64,000 nt of DNA. It comes from Octopus vulgaris (lineage: Eukaryota). The notes under the pieces are model-generated. The model did not search any database, was not told where the DNA came from, and was given only the letters and a program-made list of their open reading frames with translations. Location: positions 18,104,001-18,168,000 of the forward strand of contig OX597830.1 in assembly GCA_951406725.2 (NCBI GenBank), read 5' to 3'. Below, piece after piece: positions 26,939-40,603 of the stretch. Within the stretch, counting starts at the first letter, position 1; each line of letters starts with the position of its first letter. The position numbers were made by a program, and so were the translations under genes.

Positions 26939-27071
26939 ATTAATGTTTGTTTTTTGTTCCTGTATAATAAATCAATTTTATGTTAATCTGATAGGTTACT
27001 CTATACTTGTGTAGAGTACAAATTTATTAGTTTTAAACAAGACTGTTATTGATAGTAACTTTGAAGTTTAA

Positions 27072-27292
27072 CCCTTTAGCATTTAAACTGGCCATATCCG
27101 GCCAAAAGTATTCTGCCTGTTTTATGTTCAAACTGGCGAGATCTGGTCTCTCACACCAACCCTACAATATCGTTTTAAAAATTAACAGCTACCTCATCAA
27201 AATCTCGTAGCTACAAGATAATGCGTGATTAGTTCAAAACAATGTGGATAAAAAAGGATTTATTTGGGCAGAATAATGTGAACACTAAAGGG
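27072..27292. mobile_element. piggyBac-type MITE
   Basis: TTAA|CCCTTTAG ... CTAAAGGG|TTAA; near-identical copy at about 38060-38268. Confidence 0.88.
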
Positions 27293-27573
27293 TTAAGCTA
27301 GCTAAGCCTTCATCAAACTTTCTGATGATGGTTTAGCTGGCCAAAACTCTGAAGTCACTGTCAACAACAGTCTTGTTTAATAATAATAAATACATATATG
27401 TATAGATGTGTGTATATATGAATGTCTGTATATATATATGTATGTATGTGTATATAGATATATGTGTGACTGTATATTTTTGTGTGTATGTATATATAAA
27501 TATGTGACCGCGTGTGTACCATTGGCAATTTTTTTCCTCCGTCTTCCCTTCCTTGGATCTTTCCTTTTCCTAT

Positions 27574-27608
27574 GTTTCTGACGAAGAGCTCCGCTCGAAA
27601 CGTTAAAC
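27574..27608 (+). ncRNA. Minimal type I hammerhead ribozyme motif in a Penelope-like relic
   Basis: gttt CTGACGA A GAGC tcc GCTC GAAAC GT T aaac: intact core, 4-bp stem II, 4-bp stem I, loopless palindromic stem III. Confidence 0.65.
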
Positions 27609-28400
27609 CCTCCTTCTTTCTTTCATTTCTTGAGCGTCCAATAACACTATACTTGTTCCACGTCCTCGCGTTGTTGTGTTTTCATGTTTGGATTAACTTT
27701 ATATATATATAAACACATACATGCACGCATCTTTACTATGTACAATTTTTAGTGACCTAGTGAACAAGAGTTTTGTTGCATGTAGTTTAGAAATAAACTT
27801 CCTAGTTTGAATCCGTTCTGGTACACATTGAAGAATAAGCTACATAAAGAACACAAAATTAATTTAATGAAACTTAGTGTGGATATTAATATTTAAAAAA
27901 TGATGAACGCACTTAGGTCTGAAAAATAATCTTAATTTATTGGCTTTTTTTAAAATTTCTTTATATCATTGCTATCAAATCAAAAGAGAAAGTAAATAAA
28001 TTAGACAAATAGAGATTACTGTGTAATACTTGTCTGTCATTTTTTTTTTCCTGTTCTTATAAAAATTTAGCTTGTCCTATCTTTTGAATCTTCCAGTCCA
28101 TGAGGAAAATAGAAAGTGAATGTGAAATGACTTGTAAATGTGACCTTTCTTCTAGCATTTAACTGTTTGTTTACTATAATTTTTTTTTGTCTCACTCCAT
28201 TAGTATTTTTATGCAATTCTAGTCTATAAAAAGTAGTCGACAATGTTTGTCTCCAAATAATTAAGACATGGTGTTTGCTTCGGTATTTGTCATATATATA
28301 GAACTAGTATTCAGAAGTTACTATATATATATATATTTTTTTGCTTGTTTCAGCTTAGAGCTGCGGCCATGCTGATGCACCGCCGTTATATCTATATATA

Positions 28401-28785
28401 TCTCTCTATATATAAACGGCAGTTTGTCTGTGCGTGTTTCTGTGTGTCTGTTTGCTTGTACCCTCACTCTGACCACGGCTTTCAACCGATTCTGATGAAA
28501 CTTGACACACACATAGCCCAATGTCATAATTCAAAACTAATGCAGCGAAAATTTTGAAAAGTTCCCCCAGTTCTGAAAAAAATCGATAAATTCGACATGG
28601 GGTCGAGAATCAGAAACACGAACCACAAACTGTCTAGGGGACGCAACTCCACCTTTTTTAAATCTCAAAAGAAAATTTACCATCATTTTTTCCCATTTTT
28701 TTGCTATTTTTTGGCTATAACTCTCTAAAAATGCTTTATAGTTATTTCCCTTACAAACCTGAGCAACGCCGGGCGATACTGCTAG
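28401..28785 (+). mobile_element. Non-autonomous Helitron
   Basis: A|TCTCTCTATATATAAAC start, (GTCT/GT) tract, 3' imperfect hairpin cctgagcaacgccggg (28758-28773), CTAG|T end. Confidence 0.85.
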
Positions 28786-29467
28786 TATATATATATATAT
28801 ATATATATAAGTTTGAATGTTTGTACAAGCAATAAAATCTTGAAGGCTGTGTCCCAGGATAACCACAGTAAAAACTGAAGCTAGAAAAAGATTTTAAAAA
28901 TATTGTCTACACACTCTCTCTCTTTCTCTCTCTGTCTCTCTCTCTCATTGTTGCCATTGCCAGCTGTCCTCATAGAGAACTGAAATCCAGTATATGTGAA
29001 AACCTGAATAACATTGTATAAATATGTGATGTTTGCACTGCATATCTCCAACATCACGTAAGCCTGCCATATATAACTGTCTGTTTGTCTATGTTCTTTA
29101 TTCATTCATACTTAGCCCATTCTTTATAATTAGGTGCACGTACACACACAATCAATCACTGTGCTGGGCATTAAAGACATTGATTGAGCATTGTTGTTTA
29201 GCCCCGAGGTCAACCACATTCAAACAGAACTATATAGAAAAGTTTTCCAGATATACATTTATGTATTTGTTTTGCAAGTTTTCCAGGCATAACCATCCTA
29301 TAATTAATTCAGATATAGTCTATGTAGGGCTTCATTATCTGATGTATTTTCCATTTTTTAAAGACAGAGTTGTCCAAAGGGGATCAATTCTAGGTTTGTG
29401 TGTTTGGGAAGCAATCTTTGTAATTACACACATGCACATATACATGCACACACACACACACATGTAT

Positions 29468-29702
29468 ACCTATTTCTTTACTACCCACAAGGGGCTAAAC
29501 ACAGAGGGGACAAACAAGGACAGACAAAGGTATTAAGTCATTAACATCAACCCCAGTGTGTAACTAGTACTTAATTTTTCGACCCCGAAAGGATGAAAGG
29601 CAAAGGTGACCTCGGCGGAATTTGAACTCAGAATGTAACAGCAGACGAAATACGGCTACGCATTTCGCCCGGCGTGCTAACGATTCTACCAGCTCGCCGC
29701 CC
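29468..29702 (-). mobile_element. SINE family B
   Basis: Reverse complement of the 18326-18556 copy. Confidence 0.85.
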
Positions 29703-29789
29703 TATAAACAATGCAGGTATACACACATGTATACCTGCATACACACACACACATGATTGTTTATTTCATACACAAATAAATAGTGAAAT

Positions 29790-30253
29790 AACCGGTGCAG
29801 TCTGCAAGAGAGAAGACTGCGCTGGTTTGGTCGTGTGATGTGGATGGATGCTGTCAGTAGTTCTATAAAGAAGTACCAATCTCTCAAAGTGGATGGAAGA
29901 TGTGGAAGTGGGGAAACTCAGGAAGACATGGGCTGTAGTACTGAAGAACATCCTCAGGAATCTGAACCTTTCAGGTGAGATGACAAAGGACTGAAACACT
30001 TGGTGCCTGGCCATACTCAAGAAGAGCCATACTCCGCAGCAGAAGTGTTAAGATCAATCCTGTTGGTGGTGTAAAGCACTTGCAGCTGTGCCACATAAAA
30101 GCACCCGTATGGTTCCATGTAAAAGCACCCAGCACCCAGTAAAGTGGTTGGCGTTAGGAAAGGCATCCAGCTGGTAGAAACCATGCCAAATCAGACTGGA
30201 GTCTGTTGTCCATGCCAGCATCGATAACAGATGTAAATGATGATGATGATGAT
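29790..30253 (+). mobile_element. RTE LINE 3' fragment
   Basis: RRLRWFGRV-like codons (agaagactgcgctggtttggtcgtgtg), ggttggcgttaggaaaggcatccagc, (GAT)n tail. Confidence 0.75.
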
Positions 30254-30306
30254 GTTTGTATTTTCTGTCTGATTATTTGTAACCTTCATTATCTATCATT
30301 GTGATA

Positions 30307-30710
30307 GGCACAGAAGTGGCTGTGTGGTAAGTAGCTTGCTTACCAACCACATGGTTCCGGGTTCAGTCCCACTGTGTGGCATCTTGGGCAAGTGTCTTCA
30401 GCTATAGCCTCGAGCTGTCCAATGCCTTGTGAGTGGATTTGGTAGATGGAAACTGAAAGAAGCCTGTCGTATATATGTATATATTTATATATGTATTTGT
30501 GTGTATGTTTGTGTGTCTGTGTTTGTCCCCCTAGCATTGCTTGACAACCGATGCGGGTGTGTTTACGTCCCTGTCACTTAGCGGTTCGGTAAAAGAGACC
30601 GATAGAATAAGTACTGGGCTTACAAAGAATAAGTCCCGGGGTCGATTTGCTCGACTAAAGGCGGTGCTCCAGCATGGCTGCAGTCAAATGACTGAAATAA
30701 GTAAAAGAGT
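30307..30710 (+). mobile_element. Abundant tRNA-derived SINE family A (representative; about 25 full or partial copies in the window)
   Basis: gtggctgtgtggtaag (A box) ... ggttcagtccc (B box) ... cttgggcaagtgtc ... internal (TA/TG)n ... gactgaaacaagtaaaagag tail. Other copies near 3530, 5020, 10880, 11940, 19600, 24270, 25400, 43320, 44210 and 62510 (+) and 14310, 36810, 37120 and 63270 (-). Confidence 0.88.
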
Positions 30711-33159
30711 ATATCAGCTGTATTGACTTTAATTCAGAGACGCAGATGGTACAGAGAGTCTTGAGATTTGCTGTTCTAAGAGCCTTACTGCTGTATATAG
30801 AAGTGAAATAGCTTAAAGCTAGGAATCAAAATAGATTGAACCAAAGCGAATGCAAGTGTTATACATACAACCCATATGCTCAAATAGTTTCAACTGTTTC
30901 TAACTATATATATCCCATCAGCTGAGCCAAGTAGTTCGTTCATTTGATAAGCTTGTAAGTGTGAAACATATCGTCATCTGTAACAATTACTTGTATATGA
31001 ATATCAGTGTTTCTACTCTTGTAATATGTGTAACACTAGGGTAATACAAATTTTGAGAAAGAAACTCTTGGTTGTTAAGGTTGTGGTGGTGATGGTGAGG
31101 GCAGTGACAATGGTGTATAGAGAAAGATATATATGAAAGAGAGAGAGAGGAAAGGATTCCAAGAAGTAAGTTGTGTTATGTCACTGTATTTTTAGTTACC
31201 TCTTTCTTTCATTCCCTCTGGCTACCTTTCTTTCTCTCTCTATCTTTCTCCATTCTCTGTTACGTATACCAATGTCTCTACCACCACCACTATCATAACA
31301 ACCAACAGTTTGTGTGTATTCATGCATGTGTTTAGTTGTATTTGCTGTGGTGAGTGTTCAAGTCTCTCTTTTACAACTTTTTTGTACTTGCCATGGAGCA
31401 CAAAGAAAACACAAACAGTACACACACGAAAATGAGTTGTGAATTTCCACAGGTACTACAACTTTTAATGTAATGTACTACATAATATCATTTGTGACAG
31501 CTATTCTCGTTTTGAGTTTCTTTGTACAAGAGCAGCGTCTAATTAATTCATAACCAACCTCCTGGAACTAGCAATGAAATCTCTTTCAAATCCTACCATA
31601 TTGTCTTAAAACATGACGGAAAGCATTATCCGGATAAAATTATTCTTGAATGTTCTATGTTAAAAAGAAAAATCTCAGAAAATGGATGGCAATATCTTTG
31701 ATCATAGTCTGCTCAATCAGAAACAACTAAGAGCTAAATAGCAATGACAAGAGAATGATATAGACAGGCATGGCTTGTGGAGAAGCTTATTTTCTGTTGT
31801 ACATTATCTGTCATGTAATATAGATAAGAATAGATGAATGGATATCTGGAAAGAGAAGAGAAGAAAGACAAAAAACAAGACTGGGAGACAGCTATAAGCT
31901 TTTATTTTCTGTGTCAGTTTAGTTCAGTAATTATTTTTAACCTTCATATGGTTCCCTTTTTACACAGAAGAAGGAGTCTCTATCTTGGCAATTCTATTTG
32001 TTGAGTCTACAGAAACATTTCTGTTCAAGCAGCTTTTATAATTTTTTTTTTTATATATATAATTTTAGTAATGATTAAGTCATCTCCATAATATCTTCAA
32101 GTCAAGTCTTTTGCTGCTACTATTTCTTTCTTACTTTCTTTTTTTTTTTTTTTCATCTCCTGTATACAAAAGTATCTGCTCACTTAATTTAATTCTACTT
32201 GTCTATCAGTTGTCAATGACGCCACCAGAGAGAGGGTCGGTCTGTCTATCTTTCCTCTGTATTCTTTTCTCTCTCGGTCTATCTTTCTTCTGTATTCTTT
32301 TCTCTCTCTCTCCTCTTCTCTAAGATGCCTTAATATGCAATATGAATGTCATTTTAAGAGCATTCAACATCATCACAACCACTACCACAACATTACTTTG
32401 TCTTCACCTAGTCACTGCTTTTTTTCTTTTTTCCTCTTCTTTCCTGCAACTTCTCAGCAGACATTTATTGATGATAAATGCTTATCGTTAAATATTCCTC
32501 GTTACTTGCTTCATTCCTTTATATACTTTGTAGCTTTAAAAAAAAAGCTTTTTTATTTTTTTCAATATTTGAATCATCATTTTCACATTGCATTCAAATT
32601 AAGACATGTCTAATCTGCATAGTTTGTCCATTATTCTTCTTTATGACAGTCTCTTCCAATATATATCTTTTATGTGGATTATGTGTGTGTACGTGCACAC
32701 ACACACACACAAACATATATATATCTATCATCATCATCATTTTAATGTACATATGTCCATGCTTGTATAAGCCAAATGGAATTTGTTGAGTCAGATTTTC
32801 TACTGCCAGATGCGATTCTTGTTGCCAGCACTCATTTGCGATATTTTCCCATTACCAGACTTTTTCCATAGAAGATTAGAAATGGATATCACTTTTATGA
32901 TGCTGATGTTCATTTGAAAACATTGCGCAGGGTCAAGACATGTGTGTACACACACAATTATTATTATTATTATTATTATTATTATTTAAAACAGTTTGAT
33001 TCAGCTCCATGTATCTTAATGTTTCACAAGCTTCTGGCAGATTACTCAGTAAACTAAGCCTGAAAGAGAGGATTCTGCTAGAAGCTTGCAAATCAAACTG
33101 TTTTAAATAATAATAGGTGTAAACCTTACTTTTTTTCTTTTGTTTGTCCTCACTTGTAT

Positions 33160-36100
33160 GGCGGTTGTCTACTCCTTATGTAGAAAGTGACCACCCCCTG
33201 TACCTACACCTTAGATTCATCATGGTATCTGATGTGGCTTTTTAAACCAGACAATGCTTTGAAAAGACACTCACATAGATTGCATAACCAACTTGGACCA
33301 CCAAGAGCTGCAGTTAAGGTCTGATCTTTGTGGATCTTATAATGTCTTTTGATTTGCAAACCTTCTGGCATACATTGCATTCAAAGGTGTGTACAGACAT
33401 ATAGGAAGAATAGTTGGTGTAGGTTCATTTTCCATGGGTTCACAAATGAGATTTGAGCCCAGCAAAAGAAAGGCATGGTCTGTCACAAACTGTACACACA
33501 AAAAGGTCGTTGTGATTCACGTTCTCAATCGTAACATTCTTTTTTAAATCTCTCTTGAGACTTGCATGTGTTATCCTGGCCTTTTCAGGCGCTTTCACTC
33601 TACTCCATACTTTTGTTCACCATCCAGCTCAATCCAAAGCAAGGGTTTCTATGATCTCTGGATTCATTCCAAGTGACTTCATGGTAGTCCTTATGCCATC
33701 CTTAGACCTTTTTTAAAGTTTACGCCAATAGCATTTCCCCTCTGCAAGCTCACCATAAAACAGCTGTTTAGGTGTGCATTCATCTGCCATTCGAACAATA
33801 TGGCTACACCATCTCATTTGGTTTCTCAAAATCATAGCTTTAATTGAAGTGATGCCTGTAGATTCAAGGACATCTGTGTTTGGAATAAAAGAACTTCATT
33901 TAATGTTTAAAATGCAATGAAGGCATTTTTGGTGGACTTGTTCTAACAATTTGAAATATCTTTCATAACATGTCCATTTCAGAAAAATACAACAGGGATT
34001 GTAAAACAAGTGTTGTTATTTATATGTTGTTGGTGCCAAACGCATGACTCCAAACCACCAAATGCTTGTGCTGCCCTTTGAATTTGCAGATGTATTTCTG
34101 TGTCCAGATTTCCATCAATTTGTACAGAGCTTCCAAGGTAGATGAAAGAATCAACAACCTCAAGTAACTTACCCTTAACAAAAATTTTAGCAGGATTGCA
34201 AACAGCACCACATTACAAATGTTTTTTCAAGTTGATGGTCAAGCCAAAATCATCGCAAGCTGAGTCAGATGCAGATGCAAGAGATTGCGGGCCTGTTTCA
34301 AAATGACTGACTAGATCACAATTGTCAGCGTATGAGAGTTCCCTAATGCGTGAAGTAAAGATTCAGAGAGCCTACCACCAAAATTAACTCTAGTTTTCAT
34401 ATTTTGATGCAAAGCCCTGATCTTGTTTACAAATTTTTCTGAGCAACTTACTTTCCTTAGAATTAACCACAGTGCATTTCGATTAACAGCACCGAGTGCC
34501 TTGCTTAAATCAACAAAGTAATGGTATAGGGCAAGATTCTGTCCAATGCACTTTTCCTGAAATTGTCTGATAGTAAAGATACAATCAACTGTGGCCCTGG
34601 AGGATTGAAAACCACATTGAGACTCAGACACCGTGTTTGGAACTATGACGGTATTTAAATGTTCTAACAGAATGCGGGCAAGTACCTTTCCAAACACAGA
34701 CAAAAGCAAAATCCCACAAAAATTACCACACAGATCATTTGGCTTTGATTTATACAAGGAGACTAAAATGGCATCAGTCCAGTCTTGAGGTACTTTCTCA
34801 GTTCTCCAACAATGACAAATTAATATATTTAAGAGTTCAAATATTATGTCAACCCCACATTTCAAAACCTCTGCACAGATTCCATCAGGCCCTGGAGACT
34901 TATTGTTATTCAGCTTATTCACAGCTAAATAAATGTCATTTACAGTTGGTTCAAATGCCATCTCCTCTATAACTGGAAGGTGTTCGATTTTTTTTCTACC
35001 ATACTCATGTCAGCAGATGATGGCCTTTTCAAAAGTGCAGAAAAATGTTCTACCCAGCGCTTCTGAATAGACGCAGTGTCAGTCAGAAGCAAACATCCAT
35101 TTACTGTTCTCACTGGAGTTGTTGAAGATTTTTCACCATATACTCTTAACACAAGAGTACAAACCCTTGGTGTCATTTCTATCAGCCACTTCTTGTGCCC
35201 CTGTTGCTCTATTATTCCACCATTCCTGTTTAATCTTCCTGAGAGTAATCTGCACTTTTCCTTTCAGCTTTCTGTAAGCTTCATTTGAGTTGGGGTTCAA
35301 AGATTAAGAAAGAAGTGTATGGCCTAAGTTTTGTTTTTCTAAAAGTAGATTATGAATTTCTGCTGATTTGTCTGTGAACCAGTCACTGGACTTACATGAA
35401 TTAAATCCCATTGACGAACTTGCAGCCTGAAATACTTTAGTTTTGAAATCTTCCCATATTTTGTTTGGGTCAAGATTGATACTTTCTATTGCATCATGGA
35501 ATTTTTGCAAGTTGTTTGGTAATTTGAAGTTTGCAACATTCGACTTTTTGGGTACCTTAGGACCAGACTGTTGACTTTTAGGCATTATCAAAAACTTTAT
35601 TCTTCCATTCAGTAGACAATGGTCAGTCCAGCTTTCTGCTCCTCTCATGGCCCAAACACTAGAAACGTCTTTCATATCATGCATTCTGATCAAAATATAA
35701 TCTATGAGATGCCAGTGCTTATATCTTGGGTGAATCCATGTGGTTTTATATTTATTTTTCTGCTTAAACAGAGTGTTGGTAACAATCAGATTATTCTTGA
35801 TACAAAACGTCAAAAGAGCTACTCCATTTTTATTACATTTTCCAGCCCCATGTTGACCTAAAACAGGCCATTAAATGTAGTCATTTCCAACTCTTGCATT
35901 GAAATCTCCCAATATGACCAGCTTGTCAGAAATTGGTATTTTCCTCATTAATTGTGCTAGATTGTCATAAAATTGTCCTACAGTTTCATCAGAATGTGAC
36001 ATTGTTGGTGTATGAATATTGACAATGGTAAGAAACCTACCTTTTGTCAGTTTTATATGGCATGACATGGTTCGTTCAGATATACCACTTGGAAATTCTG

Positions 36101-36750
36101 CAATGGAGGAAGCTAATGAATTCTTGAGAGCAAACCCAACACCAGATTCTCTATGCTGGCCCTCAGGTAGGCCCCTCCAGAAGATAGTATATTCATAAGT
36201 AGGTTCAGAGAGCGCAACTATATCAAGGGAATATTTCTTAAGCTCACATGCAATAATTGCAGTTTACCTTTCTGGCCTCTTGTTAAAATTATCATTAAGA
36301 AGTGCGCACACGTTCCAACAGCCATATTCAGAGGATGTTTATTTTTTTGTCTGACCACAGTGGCAGGATGACGACCGGGCCCAGCTTATGACACGCTGGG
36401 ACACCTGCCAAGCCAGACCTGTTCTCCTGACATTCCCAAGCCTTTTTTTTGCCATTTACTGAATCCGTTTGAGATATTTTAGCATAAGTTACAAGTGCAT
36501 TTTTAGGTTTCTGCCAACCAACCAATTCAATGATTTTACTAAGCTTTGGAGTACAAGTACCTGTGCAGATGAATAATTTTCAGTGTGTGTAGCTTGCACT
36601 GCACTATCCCCACCCAAGAAGACTTTCACCAGTGTGACATGAAAATTAACAAAACCAGGAACTTCCTGGTGGTGCCAGTTTAGTCACCGACAACCTGACC
36701 ATGCAACAGGTTGTACTGGATTACATGTTACTAGTAGCACACATGAGCGA
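33160..36750 (-). mobile_element. Full-length, decayed RTE-clade (BovB-like) LINE
   Basis: APE endonuclease fragments (LVILGDFNARVG; TTWIHPRYKHWHLIDYIL; WTDHCL) and RT fragments (KSPGPDGI; SESQCGFQSSRATVDCIFTIRQ; FVDLSKA); C-terminal C2H2 fingers with stop at 33204; 12-bp TSD CCTCACTTGTAT at 33148-33159 and 36751-36762; many frameshifts and stops. Confidence 0.92.
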
Positions 36751-37606
36751 CCTCACTTGTATATATGTATGTGTTTGTGTGTATATCTCTATATATAATA
36801 TATATATATATAATCTTTCAGTCTACAAATCCACTCAGGATTTAGTAGACAGGCTATAATTGGCTCAGGACTATAATAGAAGGTATTTGCCCAAGGTGCC
36901 ATGCAGTGGAACTGAACTTAAAACTATATGGTTAGAAAGTGGGTGAAAAATTTGCTCATTAATTTCATCCTTGTTAAATTAAAGGCATTCCTTGTGGCAT
37001 AATATCTTACATATACCCACTCATGTTTGTTTTGGAGAGCATGATAGAGTAAGGCAGCAAAATATATTGCAAACAGACAGGTGCATCAAGGTCTCTCTGT
37101 TTCACACCACTCTCTACGTCATGCAGTTTCCATCTTCTAAATTAGCAAATTCACTGAAAGCATTGGTTGGTCCAGGTCTATAGTAGAAGACACCCATGGT
37201 GGTATACAATGGGACTGGACATGAAACCATGTAGTTGCCAAATGAACTTCTTAACCACACAGCTATGTGTGCCTATGTCAGAAATCCCTTATAGATTAAT
37301 CCACTGCCTAGAGTGATATATTGCATTATCTTATGGGTCCTGAGTGAACTTAGCCATTGAGAGCTTGGTGTCAAAATATGTAACACTGATCCTTCTTCTG
37401 ATAAGTTAATAATGTCAACTCGGTCAACATTTACTTGTTATGTAAGAAACAACGATTTCTCTCTTTGACATTATACTTAAAATGTGTGAGGGAAAAAATA
37501 TAGTCAAGTAAATATAATCATTAAGTGAATGGTGTGTATTTGATCAAACTGGGTGTGTTGAAAGGTAAATCCATCCTGATAGGATTTTAACATTTTATAT
37601 ACACGT

Positions 37607-37649
<43 letters not shown>

Positions 37650-38059
37650 ATTAAATTCTCTAGGACATTTAGACTAGAACATTATTATTTCTGTCACTCC
37701 TTTATTTACTTTAAAGATTAAAAAAAAAAATTATAGAATTGGGAAGATAATTGATCTTCAAAAACTGAAGTCTGCTCATAAAAAAATATGAAACCAGTGA
37801 CAGCTTAATTATCCCAGTCCAACTCAGTAGAATAATTAATTTTATCGGACAGGAAAAGGCGGCAGTGAGCTGGCAGAATCATTAGCATGTTGGGTAAAAT
37901 GCTTAGCAGCATTTCATCCATCTTTATGTTCCGAGTTCAAATTACACTGAGGTTGATTTTTGCTTTTCATCCCTTCAGGGTCCCTCCCCAAAATTGCTGG
38001 CCTTGTGCCAAAATTTGAAACTTCACTTTTTTATGTAAGTTGAATAAATTTGCCCTTAA

Positions 38060-38268
38060 CCCTTTAGCATTTAAACCGGCCATAAGTATTCTGCCTGTTT
38101 TGTTCAAACTGGCCAGATCTGGTCTCTCACACCAACCCTACAATATTGATTAAAATATTAACAGCTACCTCATCAAAATCTCATAGCTACAAGATAATGC
38201 ATGATTAGTTCAAAACAATGTGGATAAAGAAGCATTCATTTTGGCAGAATAATGTGAACACTAAAGGG
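38060..38268. mobile_element. piggyBac-type MITE
   Basis: TTAA|CCCTTTAGC ... CTAAAGGG|TTAA. Confidence 0.85.
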
Positions 38269-38810
38269 TTAAATCTTTTCTTGTCTTTAATTAGAGCAGG
38301 TACTTCTATTTGAGTTGTAACCAAATTTGTTCTCTTTGTGCCTGACCCTTCCATCTTTTATTAAGACAGTCTACCTAGGACTACATTGTCAACTGAACCT
38401 TTCTAGTCTTAACCTGGTTTACTGTGATTTGATCGTTGCTGATTCATGTTCGTTGTCTGATTGCTTATAAGCATTTCTCATTGGCTGGTGGAAGATTTAC
38501 TTATTTAGCTACACTGTTTTGTATTCTAATGGAAGACTTTGTCCTACATTTTACCAAGGATCAATAAAGAAAACACTAGTCTTGTACTGGAGTTGATATA
38601 ATTGACTGAACCCACCCTGGAATGTGTAGATTTGTGCCAGTATTAGGAATCAATATTGATAAAGGGTGGGATAGGTTGAAACAAATGTAAACATTTGTTC
38701 AGTATTGTAATTGCTTCTTATCCAGTGAGCTGATCAGTCTCAATCTACGTTTCATGTTGCTTGAATCAATCAGTTATAAATCTTCTCTGTGCTTATATAA
38801 CTAACAAACA

Positions 38811-38998
38811 GGCAGCTGCTACACAAGAATGTTAAGACTGGCTTTGAATGTTACATGGAGAGCTCAGTTAGCCAATGAGCAGTTTCATCAAGATCTACCC
38901 AAAGTTACTCAGAAGATTCAGCAGAGAAGAATGAGAATTGCTTGTTGTTGCATCAGGCACCCAGACGAACATGTGTGCCAACTGGTCTTATGCCAGTC
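38811..38998 (+). mobile_element. RTE/RTE-X LINE C-terminal fragment
   Basis: GSCYTRMLRLALNVTW..LPKVTQKIQQRRMRIACCCIRHPDE..LVL resembles the typical GCYTRMLR..RRLR..GH..RH..E..LVLW RT tail. Confidence 0.7.
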
Positions 38999-39269
38999 AG
39001 CTAAAATAAGAATCATACATATATATGTATGTATTTGTGTGTGTGTGTTTATCTCCCCAACATCGCTTGACAATCGATGTTAGTGTGTTTACATCCCCTT
39101 ATCTTAGTGGTTCGATAAAAGAGGCCAATAGAATAAGTACTAAGCTTCTAAAGAATAAGTCCTGGGGTTGATTTGTTCGACTAAAGGCAGTGCTCCATCA
39201 TGGCCGTAGTCAAATAACTGAAACAAGTAGAAGAATTAAAAAATAAGAATTTATTTATATATCTATCTA

Positions 39270-39314
<45 letters not shown>

Positions 39315-40229
39315 TTTCTTTCACATCAAGTTATATATAAATAATTTGACATCGAACTGAAGGAGTACTCTGTACTTTTTTCGTAGAGTACATATTAATT
39401 GTTACAAGGAAAAGGTTGACAGTAACTTTGGAGTCTGATATAGATAGAGGTAGATATATATCACGATGTGCATCAGTATAACTGCAGAAGGCTGAAGCCT
39501 ATCCAAGAATACAATGTATATTTTGTTGTTGAGTCTAATGTCAACCTTGATTGATCAAACCTATAATCGGAGAGGCGTTCTGGCCATGACCATCTTGTCT
39601 TATATTTTCAGAGAAAATTTATCCAGGACTACATTATCCAATGTCTTTACTTTCATAGGATGGCACAGCAGGATTTGAGGACACTTTTGCTGCTATTTCT
39701 AGTAGGTTAAACGACCACATTAAGGCTCCTGTTGTGTGTCTGTGTACATGTGTAGTGTTTGTTTTTCCTTCTTAGTGCATATAAAAATATTAGATGTGAA
39801 AGTTTATTCTAGTTATTTACACACTATAGACAGCTCTATAAGCATTTTACTTTTTTATTTGTTTTGCTTTTCTCACTATTGGTTCTTGTTTTCACTTAAG
39901 TGACCAAGTATTTTTAAAGCACTTCAGTAGTTCTTCACCAAAATCCAATCTTTACTGGTGACACATTATGTAGCACCCTCAACATTATCTCTTACACATC
40001 TCTTAGACTCTCAAGTGTGTTTTGGTCAACGACTTGCCTGTAATTCTCTTCTACGCAAACTTCTTCTTATCCTTATGTTTGTATATTTATCAAGGGTGCT
40101 TATTTAAAACACTGTCGTTCACTCCTTTTTTCTTTTTTTTTTTTCCATTTATTTCGTTGCATTTTCTCAGGCCATATCTTGGGTCACAGGTTTTCCCATG
40201 AACTTCTTTACATATAAGCTTAATTTATA

Positions 40230-40603
40230 CTCTTTTACTTGTTTCAGTCATTTGACTGCGGCCATGCTGGAGCACCGCCTTTAGTCGGTTCGGAAGCCCA
40301 GTACTTATTCTATCGGTCTCTTTTGCCAAACCGCTAAGTGACGGGGACATAAACACACCACCATTGGTTGTCAAGCAATGCTAGGGGGGACAAACACAGA
40401 TACACAAACATACACGCATACATATATATACATATATATACGATGGGCTTCTTTCAGTTTCCGTCTACCAAATCCACTCACAAGGCATTGGTCGGCCCGA
40501 GGCTATAGTAGAAGACACTTGCCCAAGGTGCCACGCAGTGGGACTGAAGCCAGAACCATGTGGTTGGTAAGCAAGCTACTTACCACACAGCCACTCCTGC
40601 ACC
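40230..40603 (-). mobile_element. SINE family A, full length
   Basis: Reverse complement of the family A consensus. Confidence 0.88.

Noticed and set aside
36660-36750. HDV-like ribozyme at the RTE 5' end
   Set aside because: Only a simple hairpin (acaacctg/caggttgt) is visible; the nested pseudoknot could not be built by eye.
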